The notes beneath the pieces were generated by a model that made no database searches, was not told where the DNA came from, and was given only the letters and a program-made list of their open reading frames with translations. From the NCBI RefSeq assembly GCF_009914755.1, contig NC_060934.1: a DNA stretch of 64,000 nucleotides; one strand, written 5' to 3'. The stretch comes from the human T2T-CHM13v2.0 reference genome, Homo sapiens. Shown in pieces: positions 35,410-52,530 of this stretch. Within the stretch, counting starts at the first letter, position 1; every line of letters begins with the position of its first letter. The position numbers and the translations under genes are program-made.

Positions 35410-37250
35410 AGATCTTGCTTTAACATCTCCTATAGTATGGGTCTGGTGGTGATAAATTATTTCAACTTTTGTGTCTGAAAATGACTTTATTTTATCTTCG
35501 TTTGGAAGTTATTTTTGCTAGACGTGGGATTATAGGTCAACAACTTTTTTTCAATACTTTAAAGATGTTACTCCAAGTCTTCTCACTTGCATTGTTTCTG
35601 AAGAGAAATCAAGAAACCTGCTGTCATCTTTTTCTTTGTTTCTCTGTATAAAATATGTTATATATAGAATATGTTTTTTAAAGATGTTGTTTTTAGAGAC
35701 GTTTTAGATTCAAAGCAAAATTGAGAGGAAAGTACAGAGATTTCCCACATACTCCCTGTCCCAACACATGAATAGCCTCCCCCATTATCTGGTGAACATT
35801 CTTCACTAGAGTGGTACATTTGTTAGAGTTGATGAAACTACATTCATGTCTATTATTTTCCTCAATCATTGTAATTTTTATCACTACAAGTTCTATTTGG
35901 ATCTTTTTATATATCTTTCATGTTTCTACTTAACTTTTTAAACATATGGAATGCAGTTTTAATCATGGTTTTAATGCCCTCTACTAATTCTAACATCTGT
36001 GCCATTTCTGGGTTGGTTTTAATTGATTATTATCCCCATGATGGATTGTGTTTTCCTGCCTCTTTGCATGCCTAGTAATCTTTGACTGGAAGCCAGACAT
36101 TGTGAATTTTACCCTATTAGGTACTGGATATTTTGTATCCCTGTAAATCTTGAACTTTATTGAACTTTGTTCCAACTATTACTTGGAAACAGTTTGATGC
36201 TTTTAGATCTTGCTTTTATGATTTTTAAGGCAGACTCAGAGAAGTACTCAGTCTTAGGCTAATTACTCCTCAGAAGATCTTCCTAAGGCAAGATCTTCTT
36301 GAATACACTACCCATTGAATTTGGAGTTTTTCCATTCTCTCTGGTGGGAACAGGTATTATTGCCGGTCCTGTGTGAGTGCTGAACACTGTTCTCTCAGAT
36401 CCTTTCAGATGATTTTTCTCCTGACCTCACACACGTGCACTGATTAGTACTCTGCTGGATATTTGAGAGGGACCCTCTGGAGATCTCTGGGTTTCAGTCT
36501 CTGTGCAGTTCTCTCCCCTCTGGTACTCTGTCCTGCGAACACTTGCGTCTTGGTCTTGCTAGATTCTCAGCTCTGTCGCCTCAAATCAGAAACGCTACTG
36601 GGCTTTAGTTGCCTACACCCTACCACCCCCCTACCCGCCCCCGCCACCCCCTACCCCCAGATTGTGCCCTGGAACTCTTCTCAAGGCAGTAAACTGTAGC
36701 AGTAACAGGGCTCACCTTGTTTGTCTCCCATTGTTCAGGGATCATGTTCTTTGTTTCCTAATGTCAAGTGTCTTGAAAACCATTGTGTCATGTTTTTCTG
36801 TTTTTCTTGTTGTTTCTGGCAAGAGGGTAAATCCGGTCTCTGTTAATCCATCGAGGCCAAAAGTGGAATACTCTTTTTTGTTTATTTATTTTTTTGCCAA
36901 GATTCCTACTTGGTTCTTTTTCATTACTCACCTGTTCCCTTTTTTTCTGCCTATTTCACCTTTATTTTGTTCTTATATACATATTATTTCTTAGTTTGAG
37001 CAACTTAAACATATTTTAAAGTATCTGTCAGATAATCTTATTATTTTAATTTTATCTGTATTAAATTTTTCTTCCTGTTGTTTGATTTTGTTGGCTTTTT
37101 TCTTAGGGTTAGATTTTTTCATTTGCTTAAAAATCTTGTTTTTCAGGTTCATTTTCAGTAGTCCATGGAGATGTTCATTGTGCTTTTGAGCAAAGATTAC
37201 CTTTTTTCCCCATATTTCATCTATTATTCTTACATGCTTGGAGCAGCAGT
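35410..37250 (-). mobile_element. Old L1M fragments, antisense
   Basis: T-rich L1M-like sequence; internal piece 35690-35860 resembles an L1M 3' UTR. Confidence 0.55.
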
Positions 37251-39273
37251 AGTTCTTCAAAGTATAAACTTACAAAGCAATCTTTAAAGTCCCAACATTC
37301 TATGTTTATAATCTGGTGTTGTAGAAAGGTTCAGGCTTTCAGTAGGCCAAAGCTCTAGTTTTGAATCCTGGCTCTGCCGTGTGCTCCTGTTCAAGCTTTT
37401 GAACTTCTTTGAAATTCAGTTCTCTTGTTCCTAAAATGTGCATAATGCCTATCTTGTATTATGTAGAGTTTTTATGAGGATTAAGTGAAATTTCCTGGCA
37501 GGGTTTCCCAAATGTTGTTGACTTTGTAATTGAAGCTATGATTGACTCTCCCATGCAGCATGAATGAAACAGAGAAAGTTGACACTGTGCCAACAGGTGC
37601 AAAAGAAGCTGCTGGACTTTTAAAACAAAAGGACTCCAAATACACCCAACTGTTTACATTTAGCATGAGTGGTCCCTGATCCAACTTCTGTCTGTGTATT
37701 CTCAGAGGGAGTGGGTAGAACACACAGAGGCAAGGAATGCGTGCTATTTCTGGAGCCAGAAAGCAACACATCCAGCAGCAGGAATAACCTTCGTGGTGCT
37801 GATCAGTTGCTATGACTCTGTAGATGCAGAATTTAACCAGCCAAGACCTGTGTTTTTCTTAGCCTGGGGATAGAGTCAAAGAAAGGCTCATGTCATTCGG
37901 AACCAAACTGCCAATACTAATAATAGGCTGGGGCCTGTGGGTGGCTTAGGTATGGGAAGTGGGAAGCTAGAGCTAGTTTTGAACAAAAAAATGCCTCAGT
38001 TGAGCCCTGGTGGTATGAGGATGCTCTCCTTGGGTATATATATTTTACATTCCTGGGTCTTCCTGTCTTCCTTCCAAACCAAGAATCCAGCGCGGTAGAT
38101 TTGTCTCCACTTCCCAGTCATCTCCAGGTTCTCTTTGTGGGAACCCACTCCCTGGGCTTGCTCCCTAGATCCTCTCTAGGGCTGGCCACTCTGACTCTCT
38201 GAAGTCATGGGCAACCCCATACTGATTTTCACTCCAATTACTGACTCCCTTTTTGTACAGAATTTCCCTTGTGGCCAGTACACCCATCACAAGGATACCA
38301 GAGGGGAAAACTAAGGCAGGACAGAACTGGAAAAAAGTAGGTGACTACTTTCAAGTCACTTTCACATTTAGAAATTTATTTGATTGACTGAAGACCTATA
38401 AAGCAAGTACGATATAATACTTATTTTTACTTTATTAACGGGGCTCAGAGAATTGGTAATAAACCCAGGTCACTTTGACTTTAATGACAAAATAGAAATA
38501 TTTGTGATAGTTATTTTTATAGAAATAGAATTTGAAATTATAGAAACTTTGAAGTTGTAGAATTATAGAGCTATCATTTTATAAGCTCTAAAATAACTAT
38601 TTTCATTCTGTTTTTTTCTTTCACCTACTATTATTGTAAACAACAACAAAATGACTGCCATTTATGAAACACATGTTCATATTGGGCACCATGCTAAATA
38701 TTTTACCTATTTTCTCTCATTTAATTATAACAACAAACCAATATTACAGATGCTGCTAGCCTCATTTTCTGGATGTGGCCAAAAGGAGTTTAAGTAACTT
38801 TTCTATCATTTGGCATTCTTACATAATTGTCTTCTTAAGTTCCTACATAATGGTTACAATTATCATTTTTAATTGCTATGTACTAATAATGCCCCTAATT
38901 CACTTAATTCCTTCTGCCTTGTTAGGTATAATGATTAAAAGAGCTGGGAGACATTCATTCATTCATGTATTGAACAAGTATTTAATTAGCACTTGCTATG
39001 CTATCATATGCTGTGTTATATCCAGGGAATACAATGGTGAGTAGGACAAAAACACTCACCTTCAGAGAGCACTCACAGTCTCATGGAATATGTAGCCAGC
39101 AAGAGGCAATTAGAAGACAGGGTGGTGATGAGGGCAGTTCTTGTTGCTGTGGGAGTGCAAAGCAGGGAGCCTACCTCATCCCAACAATGTCAGAAGAACA
39201 GCTATCAATTAAGACGAGAAAAGTAGAATGATTTGAATGGCCACTAATTTACCATATGCAAAACCAATGAGGG

Positions 39274-39660
39274 TGCTATGGTTTGAATGTTTGTCCCCTC
39301 CAAAACTCATGTTGAAGTTTAATCCTAAACGTGGCAGTATTTAGAGAGGTAGGGCTTTAAGAGGTGATTGGGCCTTATGAACAGGTTAATGAATTAATGG
39401 GTTATCATGAGAGTGGAACTGGTAGCTTTATAAGAAGAAGCAGAGAGACCTGAGCTAGCACACTCAGCCCCCTTCCCAAGCGATGTCCTGCACTGCCTAG
39501 GGACTCTGCAGAGAGTCCTCACCAGCAAGAAGGCCCTTGCCAGATGCAGCCCCTTGACCTTGGACTTCTCAGCCTCCATAATTGTAAGAAATAAATTCTC
39601 TTTCTTTATAGATTCCCCAGTTTCAGTATTCTGTTATAAGCAACAAAAAACAAACTAAGA
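39274..39660 (+). mobile_element. MST (MaLR) solo LTR
   Basis: tgctatggtttgaatgtttgtcccctccaaaactcatgttgaa...aataaattc...caaactaaga; GAGGG flanks. Confidence 0.87.
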
Positions 39661-39846
39661 GGGCCACCAAACACATACCACCCATGATGCTTTAATGGAA
39701 CTTGGGACTCCAGGGATCCCAGGAATTCAGATACATTAGGATTTGGAGCCCCAAACTATTTTCATTTCCATTGTTATTTTACCAAAGGCTTGTCATTCTC
39801 TAGGCCAAAGAGGCCTAAAACAGCATTGTTCATGTCTTCATTGTTC

Positions 39847-39852
39847 TGATGA

Positions 39853-39886
<34 letters not shown>

Positions 39887-39889
39887 GGT
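39847..39889 (+). repeat. (GAT)n(GGT)n compound trinucleotide microsatellite
   Basis: tgatgatgat...ggtggtggt. Confidence 0.9.
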
Positions 39890-40189
39890 AGAGGTGCTGG
39901 TTTTGACTGCTTTCATTAACTGAGCATCTCCATGTGTCAGGTACTTTATAAGTGTTATTTCACTGATGTTCACAACAGCCCTATAAGGTGTTATACCTTT
40001 ATTTTTTTAGATCAGGAACTAAAACAGAGAGATTAGATAGCTTGACTTGCTCAAGCACAGCCTGCTAATAAACAGAGAAGGAGCCAATTCTCTAAGCATA
40101 GGAGTTATATCATTTAGATTGTGAGGAACAGTGAGTGTGCTGGATTTACTCTAAAGGTTCTAGTGGTGGGTTCAAGTCTCTTTCAAGTA

Positions 40190-40565
40190 TAAGCGGAATT
40201 TGATGCATTGTTGCTTGCTTGAAGATGGTGGAGCCACTTGAGAGGGAGTGTAGTGGCCTTAAGAGCTGAGAGAGGCCTTCTGTTGATAGTCAACTAGAAA
40301 ATGAGGACTCCAGTCCTACAACCACAAGAAACTGAACTTGGCCAACAACTTGAATGAAGTTGGAATCAGATTCTCACCTAGAGCCTCCAGATAAGAGCCC
40401 AGCCTGGCCAATATCTTGATTTTGGCCTTGTAACATCCTGAGCCGAGAACCCAGTTGAGCCATTCTGGATTTCTGACCTGCATAACTGTGAACAAATAAA
40501 TGTGTGCTCTTTTAAGCCCTTACATTTACAATAATCTGTTACACAACAGTAGAAATGTAATGCAG
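40190..40565 (+). mobile_element. MLT1-type LTR
   Basis: cagtcctacaaccacaagaaactgaac...ctgacct...aataaatgtgtg...tttaagcc. Confidence 0.72.
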
Positions 40566-40970
40566 CAGCTCTTGCCACATAGTCACTTGATGTTCCATGG
40601 TTGGCAAGATCAGAGGCTCTGTCTCTACCAGGGCCAAGTCACCCACTAGGAACTATTTTCCAAATGCTGTAAATTTCTGCTGCACATGTCATGACTTGCT
40701 CCAGAGCTCTAGGTGTCTACATTGTGATCCCCCTACTGGGGCTTGTAATAGATTCAATATGTCTTTCCTTCCATAAATGCCTCTCATGCTATAGGATCCT
40801 CTGTGTCACATGGTCCAGGTAGCAGAGTTACTCATGCCCAGCCTGGACTTTCTGCAGAATCCTTTCCCAGGCAGTGCCTCATTCCAAGAAAGCTGACAGC
40901 ATTTCCTATCACTTGATAGATGGACCAAGGCAGTATCTCTATGTTTCCTTTTGGATGATGGATGGTATAA

Positions 40971-41066
40971 GATGCAGTGAGCCGAGGTCACATCACTGCA
41001 CTCCAGCCTGGGTGACAGAGTGAAACTCCCCCTCAAAATAAATAAATAAAATAAAATAAAATAAAA
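40971..41066 (+). mobile_element. Alu 3' fragment with (AAAT/AAAAT)n tail
   Basis: gcagtgagccgaggtcacatcactgcactccagcctggg...; 5' part absent. Confidence 0.82.
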
Positions 41067-41516
41067 GTAATAATTTATTCATTTGACTTCCAAATATGAG
41101 GCTCAAAAGTCAATCCACTGGAATACAAGAAGAAAATATTAGAGCTTTTGGTTTTCTTTTATCCATGTCATCAAAAATTTTTCAAAGTTTTGCTAATATT
41201 TCACATATAGATTGATCCTGATCCTCACCCAGTTTACATCAGACACTTATAAGAAGACACTCACATCGTACCAGCTATTCAGAGGGGAAAGTAGAATTTT
41301 GAAAGGGGAAAGAGGTTGATAAGGCCACTGCAAAAGATTTACCTTTTACTTTGGAGGGGATGACAGACCCTAGACCACTGGGTCCTTACAAATCCACTAA
41401 TGTGCAAGCTCCTGAATCTTCATGAGGTTTAAGTTCTCACCCTCTGGAGTACAGACTTCCAATATAATTCTTGCTCATCCGGTATTAATACGGTGTTATA
41501 AAAATAGAGGACAATT

Positions 41517-41861
41517 GGCTGGGCACAGTGGCTCAGGCCTGTAATCCCAGCACTTTGGGAGGCCGAGACAGGTGGATCACCTGAGGTCGGGAGTTCGAGA
41601 CCAGCCTGGCCAACATGGCAAAACTCCATCTCTACTAAAAATACAAAATTTAGCCTCCTGGGTTCAAGTGATTCTCCTACCTCAGCCTCCTTAGTAGCTG
41701 TGATTACAGGCACCCACCATGCCTGGCTAATTTTTGTATTTTTAGTAAAGACGGGGTTTCACCATGTTGGCCAGGCTGGTCTCGAACTCCTGACCTCGTG
41801 ATCTGCCCGCCTCGGCCTCCCAAAGTGCTGGGATTACAGGCATGAGCCACCGTGCCGGGCC
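41517..41861. mobile_element. Fused inverted Alu pair (sense left arm 41517-41655 joined to antisense Alu 41653-41861)
   Basis: ...aaaatacaaaatttaGCCtcctgggttcaag...; orientation switches at a shared GCC. Confidence 0.9.
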
Positions 41862-41959
41862 TTTTCCTTGTCTTTTTAACTTTCCACACAATGCCAATGT
41901 AAGAATTCATTTTAATACAATAAATGTATATATAAGGATGTAAACATATATAATAAATG

Positions 41960-43870
<1,911 letters not shown>

Positions 43871-44143
43871 CAATGGGCCAGGCATGGTGGCTCACACCTG
43901 TAATCCCAGCATTTTGGGAGGCTGAGGTAGGTGGACTGGTTAGGACCAGGGTCCTTACCAGTCCACTAATGTGCAAGCCCCTGAATCTTTGTGAGGTTTA
44001 CGTTCTCACCCTTTGGAGTACAGACTTCCAATATAATTCTTGCTCATCCAGTATTAACATGGTGTTACAAAAATAGAGGACTATTGGCCAGACTGGGTGG
44101 CTCAGGCCTGTAATCCCAGCACTTTGGGAGGCCGAGGCAGGTA

Positions 44144-44357
44144 TCTTTCCCCCTGGGATTTATAAGTGCAGAAGGTGACTGACCTCCTGACCCAGAGTAA
44201 GCTCTTTTAAGGGACTGTGTATTATCATTACTGAACGTTCCTAATGGAAACGTTCTTTTCCCCCTGGGATTTATATGTGCCGAAGGTGGCTGACCTCCTG
44301 ACCCAGAGCAAGCTCTTTTAAGGGACTGTGTGTTATGATTACTGAATGTTCCCAATG
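44144..44357. repeat. Two-copy tandem duplication, period 111 bp
   Basis: ttccccctgggatttata...actgaa(c/t)gttcc(t/c)aatgg at 44144-44247 and 44254-44357. Confidence 0.92.
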
Positions 44358-46359
44358 GGCAGTCCAGTAATCACAATAAAAACAGCCAATGACAATTTAC
44401 TGAGCCCCAGTCATATGCCAGATGACACTGGCTTAAGTGCTTTACATATAATCCTCACGGTAACCTCATGATGTGGACACTATTATTCCCATTTCTCAGA
44501 TGGGAACACTGAGGCTCAGGGAGGTAGAGTAAGTTGCATAACATCATGTGACTAGCAGACCTTGGGGCTGGATTTCTAAAGGAGTCATTCTGACTCCAGA
44601 GTCTGGGCTGAGAGGAAGCGGGGCAGGGTCTTCTGTATGGGGTGGCCCTGGGATGACCAAAGGGGCCACACCAGGAGTGGCATTAGTCTACTCCCAGCCA
44701 GCTGCATGGGTGCCCACTCAGTGAGGTCAGCACATTGCAGGCTCTCACTGTTCCTGGCGTCACTCTGGCATGCAGAGGCCTCCGGTGTTGCCTTCCATAA
44801 TGGTCACCTGATCCTGGAGCTGGTGGGCAAACAGCCTGAGATGTTTATTCTCTGATGCCCAACTGGCTTGACAGGCGGGGTGATAAGAGAGACAGAGAAG
44901 GCAACTGGGGGACAGGGTGGATAAAGGAGTCCCCTGCCTCTGAGAAGTGCTGTTTTCCTTGGCTGGGGCCTACAGTCACACCACTGGCCTCTGAATGACA
45001 GTGACATTCCCCAGGGATTAAGCACGACTTGTGGAAGCTGGGTCTCCACAGGGGGTGCAGAGCCCCACGGAACTTCAGTCATGCAATTAGCTACCTCTAA
45101 CATTTCTCCCACATTCATTTTGTACCTCCATCACTTCCCATCCCCCCTCCAAAAAAATTCAGCTGCAACTTGCTTTATAACACACAGTAAGATTGTTGTA
45201 TTATGTGTCCTGGAAACAGCAAATGAGAGAAAGTCATTCTCTGGCTCTTTGGAAGCATAGCTCAAAACTCCTCTTTTCCAGGAAGCCATGCCCAGGTTAA
45301 CCCTCCCCCTTGCTGCTCTGGGCCCCTGTGATTCTGGACGCAATCTGCAGTTGTTGATTTGTCGCCAGGTACCGAACAAGCGGTGGCAGAACAGAGCTCT
45401 AGCCACCCGGGGCTCGGAGCAGTGATGCTTTTAGGAGAGGCAAAGATGCTGATGTCATTTGTGGTTGGGATAACTGCTTTCCTGTTCAAGGACATTGGAT
45501 GTATACCTAAAGCTCTAGAACCACGGTTTCCTGACTTCCAACCAACTGCACTTTGACTACAATACAACACCTGCAGGGCTTATTAGAGGACAAGAGGCCT
45601 GGCTGATAAATTCCTGACCAGAGGGATGGAGGCTAAGCCTTTCCCTGCAGCCAATGCCGGAAGTTCCCAGTGAGTCGTCGGGCAGAAAAGAGCCTCCTGG
45701 GTCATGTCCTCACTTTTCCTCAGCTAAAGTTCCCTGACTGTCTCCTTCAAATTCAGATGTGCATCCAGTTCCATGAGTAACCACATTATTTTTAAACAGC
45801 ATCCTTCAGCCACTGTCTCTCCTGGGTTTTCAGGGAGTGGTGACCCTTTGTGAAGCCAGGACAGGATTTTATTTTCTGATTGTTTTCAAACATCTGCAGA
45901 GATTCCATGGACTTCAAAGTCAAACAAAAATCATACTCTGGTCGAGGCACCAGCCAATAGGTCAAGCTGAGGTAAATATTTCTACCTCGGTGGGTAGAAA
46001 AGAGAAGCCGGGGAGTGTGGAGAGATGGGAAACCAAGGGATGGGATATTGGAGACAGCAAAGAGGTTCAAACGCTGGAGATTTACCAGAGGAGTGTCCAG
46101 TCTCAAAGCCCCATTATATCAAGAAACAACACACAAAGTAGTTTAAAGCTCAACGCTAGGAGTAATGGAAACTAGGGTTAGATCCGCAGCTCCTCTGCTT
46201 ACTAGCTGGCCAGGTGGCTGGACTTCATGAGCCTTTGTTTCCTTATCTGTAAAATGGGTATAAAAAAACCAACCACCTACTAAGGTGACTGTGAGGACTA
46301 AATGACAAATATGTGCTCAAGACAGCCTGGCAGATTAATACTCAAGAAACAGAACCGTT

Positions 46360-46664
<305 letters not shown>

Positions 46665-46938
46665 ATGGCAACTGTTATTATTAACACCCAGATAACAGTT
46701 AATATCTTATGGCTAAGATGATCTATGATAGACTGCTTCATATGTATTCATAATTGTCAGATTAGTAGCTTATAACTGTGTCAATGTGACTGGTAGCAAC
46801 TTAATGATTTACTTATTTAACTGTCTCTACTGGAGTTGCTAGGATAAAAGGACAGTGTTTAAGACTGGACAATATATTATCCAGTGTATTTCTCCTTCAT
46901 TCCTTCACATGAATTTTTGCTTTAAAAATAAAAATTTT

Positions 46939-47236
<298 letters not shown>

Positions 47237-47832
47237 TTATTGATGTACTAAGTGCTGTTAATGATTACTAGTTGAAAAAACAAAATTTTAAGTTTTGTTG
47301 TCACTGGTTAATTTAACAATGACATGTGTTCATAGCAAAAACTCTAATAGTATATGTACTTCAATAAAAGTTTATTTCAAGTATTCAAACAATATAAAAG
47401 GTCATACAAGGCCTTGTATCCTAATTTCCAGAGGTACTTACTGTTAAAAATTACTTGTATAACTTTTCCAGAAATGTTCTCTTCTCTTTGATTTTATAGA
47501 CATTTAGTCATACTGCAATACTGTTGAGAAACTTGCACCTTCTCCTTAATAATACACCTTGGGTCTCTTTCCCTAGCAGTGCATACAGACCTACCTCCTT
47601 CTTTTTCAGGGCTACATTGTACTCTTTTGTAGTAGAGACCATCTTTTGTAAGGCCACCCTTCTGTGCAGCACTTTGGTTGTTTCTAGTTTTTGCTATTAT
47701 GAACAATGCCACAATAAACTCCCTTGTCCATGTAGCTTTGATTATTGCTACAAATAAACCGAGAGTATAAATTCCTAGGAGGATAATTGCTGAGTCAGTT
47801 TCCCTTGTTGCAATTTTAGTAGTTCCAATTTG

Positions 47833-48133
<301 letters not shown>

Positions 48134-50415
48134 GTTACAATTCACTTCCAAAGAGTTGCTGCAACTGACACCTATAGTATATGAGAATGTCTGTGTCATC
48201 AAACTTTACAAAGTAAACTGTTGTTAAAAAATAACAGTGATAGTATACATATGCTGAACAGCCACACATACAAATCAGCTCATCTGCAGAGATGAATGCT
48301 CACAATCAACTGAGAGGTAAGCTATTATATTTCCCCTTTGAAGAGGGGACAGAAGGTCACAGTGATTCAGAGCAGGGTCTGAATCTCAGCTCTGCTATTT
48401 ATTATTCCAGTGACTTTGGGCAGGTTCTTCGAGTTTCTCCAAAATGGTGATATTAAATGAAATAAGGTTTGAGAAAACTCCTAGAGCCAGTGCCTGGATT
48501 ATTTATTAACATCATGGGACAAGCCAGAGTGCCAGAGTCCCCAGTAAGTTTGAGAATGACCCTAGTATAATAGAGACTTGGGTTGTATTTCCACCCTTTT
48601 CTACCACCTCCCACCAGGTTGCATCATTTCTTTGAATTTTCTTATTTGTAAGGGTCAGTTTAGATATTTCCTATTAATTGACCGATCTGAAAAGATATGA
48701 GTAGCAGAGTTGCATCACAATGCAGGTGGCATTTTATATTCACAGCAGCATCACAGCAAAAGAAGACAGGTAAGATCTCAGTTCCACTTCTGTCACTGAG
48801 ATAGTGTAGAGAGTGGGTGAGCTTTGGGGACAGACCAACCTACCTGCAGTCTTGCTTCTTTCTGGCTCTTAAGAGCTGGGTGACCTTGAGCAAATTCTTG
48901 TAGCTATCTGAGCTTCAGTTTTCTTAATTATGAAACATAGTTAACAGTTGCTACTCATGGGGTTATTGTGAATATAAAGTAAGATAAACTATGAAAATAC
49001 TTAGCAGCTTGTTAAATATTCAACGTATGCACAAACAGCAATAACCTCACCACGTGACTGTAGTTCACTTGTAGGTCAAGGAGGGACAGGATGCTTCTGT
49101 GGAGAGGAACAAAGAGAGATGTTACCAGTCCTCACCTCTCAGTCACACTCCCATTTGTCAAGTCAGGTGACTCACACAGCATTTGTCTGGCTTCTCTCAC
49201 TGTGAAGCGCACGCTTGGGGGAGGGGAGTGATGAGAGCCCAGGGGCAGATCAAAGCAAGGGCTGCAGCCTCAGCTATGGCTCTTTATGCTTTTTCATTCC
49301 TCCGGGAGAGAAGTGAGAAACATTTAGAAATATTTATCATTGCAACTTTTGAATATACTTTATGTTTGACTTGCGAAATGGAATGCTTGTTCAACGTCAT
49401 CCTGGAAAACATTTTGTGGGATCTGAGGAAGGACATGAACTACCTCTAGGTTTTTGCTGTCGTCTTGCCCTCTCCCTTCAAATCTGTTCTAAGTTCAGTT
49501 ATTATGTAACATGTCGGTTGCAAATATTAAGCTATAATCATGGAGATGGCATTTCTGAAAAACAACTGTGAATCGTTCATTTTTTCCGATTTTTTTAATT
49601 TTGAAAATTTCAAATTTACAGAAAGGATGCAAAAAAAGCCCAGTGAATATCTAGATTTATCCATTGTTTCTTATTTTATCACATATGCTAGGATATTATT
49701 TTTGAGATTCAGACAGCTTCATTCATATAACATGGTCCTCTTTTTTTTTTGCCAATAAAAATGTAATGGGAATAGACTCACTTATATCGATGTTGTGACT
49801 TCCAGGCTCTCAGCTTTCTGGGGTTTGAGATCTATTGTATTAATATTTGGCTATATGGTTGGAATATAAAGAGTCATGTTTGTAGTAAGTGCCAGATTGA
49901 ACATCTTATGCACAAAGTATACAAGAGACATTATCTCTAACCCTAACAGAGACTCTCCAAGCCAGGGTCTCATCAATTCCGATTTACATATTTGGTAACT
50001 GACACTCAGAGAGGTTGAATTACTCCACTGGTAAATTACAGAGTCTGGACTCAAAAACAGGTCCTTTTGATCACAAAGCTCTTTCCATCCAGGTTTTGGA
50101 GGATTCTGAGAAAAAGACTTCCGTACAAACATAGAAAAACTTTTATTTCTGGGAGAGTTGCAATGTTAATTTTAAGTAATTTCCTTTCACTAAGGAAGTC
50201 TGGGGGTGGGAATATGGGGTGGAAGATGGAGATTTAAGGAAACCACGGTTAGGAATTTAGTGATAGAAACTGAAGATGATAACGATTCAGAGAATGGACT
50301 TGGTTCTTACAGCCTCTTACTAGCCGTGGATCCTCCCGACAGATCACCCTAATGCCTCCACATTTGTGAAATGGGAAAAACAATCAACACCTCTTTACCA
50401 GGTGTTTTTTTTTTT

Positions 50416-50519
50416 CTTGTCAGCTGCATTAAGGAGAAGGGGGAAAGAGTAGAACAAGGAGTTCTATTTGTAACGAACGGAACAATCTATTGAGCTAACT
50501 ACCTACCTTCGGACCAGCC
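50416..50519 (-). pseudogene. Y1 RNA (RNY1-like) retropseudogene with poly(A) tail
   Basis: Minus strand reads GGCTGGTCCGAAGGTAG...CTCAATAGATTGTTC...GAACTCCTTGTTCTACTCTTTCCCCCTTCTC...TGACAAG then A11 (T run 50405-50415); matches the recalled hY1 sequence with scattered substitutions. Confidence 0.9.
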
Positions 50520-50829
50520 TACCTGTTTCATGTTTTTGTTTTGTTTGTTTTGTTTTTGTTTGTTTTGGTGAGGCTCAATTTTGCGAACTGTGGCAAACTG
50601 ATCTTTATGAATACGAGGAATTGATAGTGTCATTTTATATTAGAGGAGGGAGAGAGGAAGATAAAAAAGGGAGAGGGAAGGAAGGAGAGAGAAAGAGAGA
50701 ATGATGGCAGAAATCAACGGAGGCGGAGGCGTAGTTTCCTGAGGCTAGAAACTCAGTCTGGGGAGACATGAAAGCATCTTTTGGGGAATTCAAGTAGTTG
50801 CTAGGTCTCAGGGAATCCATCTTCAGAAT

Positions 50830-52530
<1,701 letters not shown>

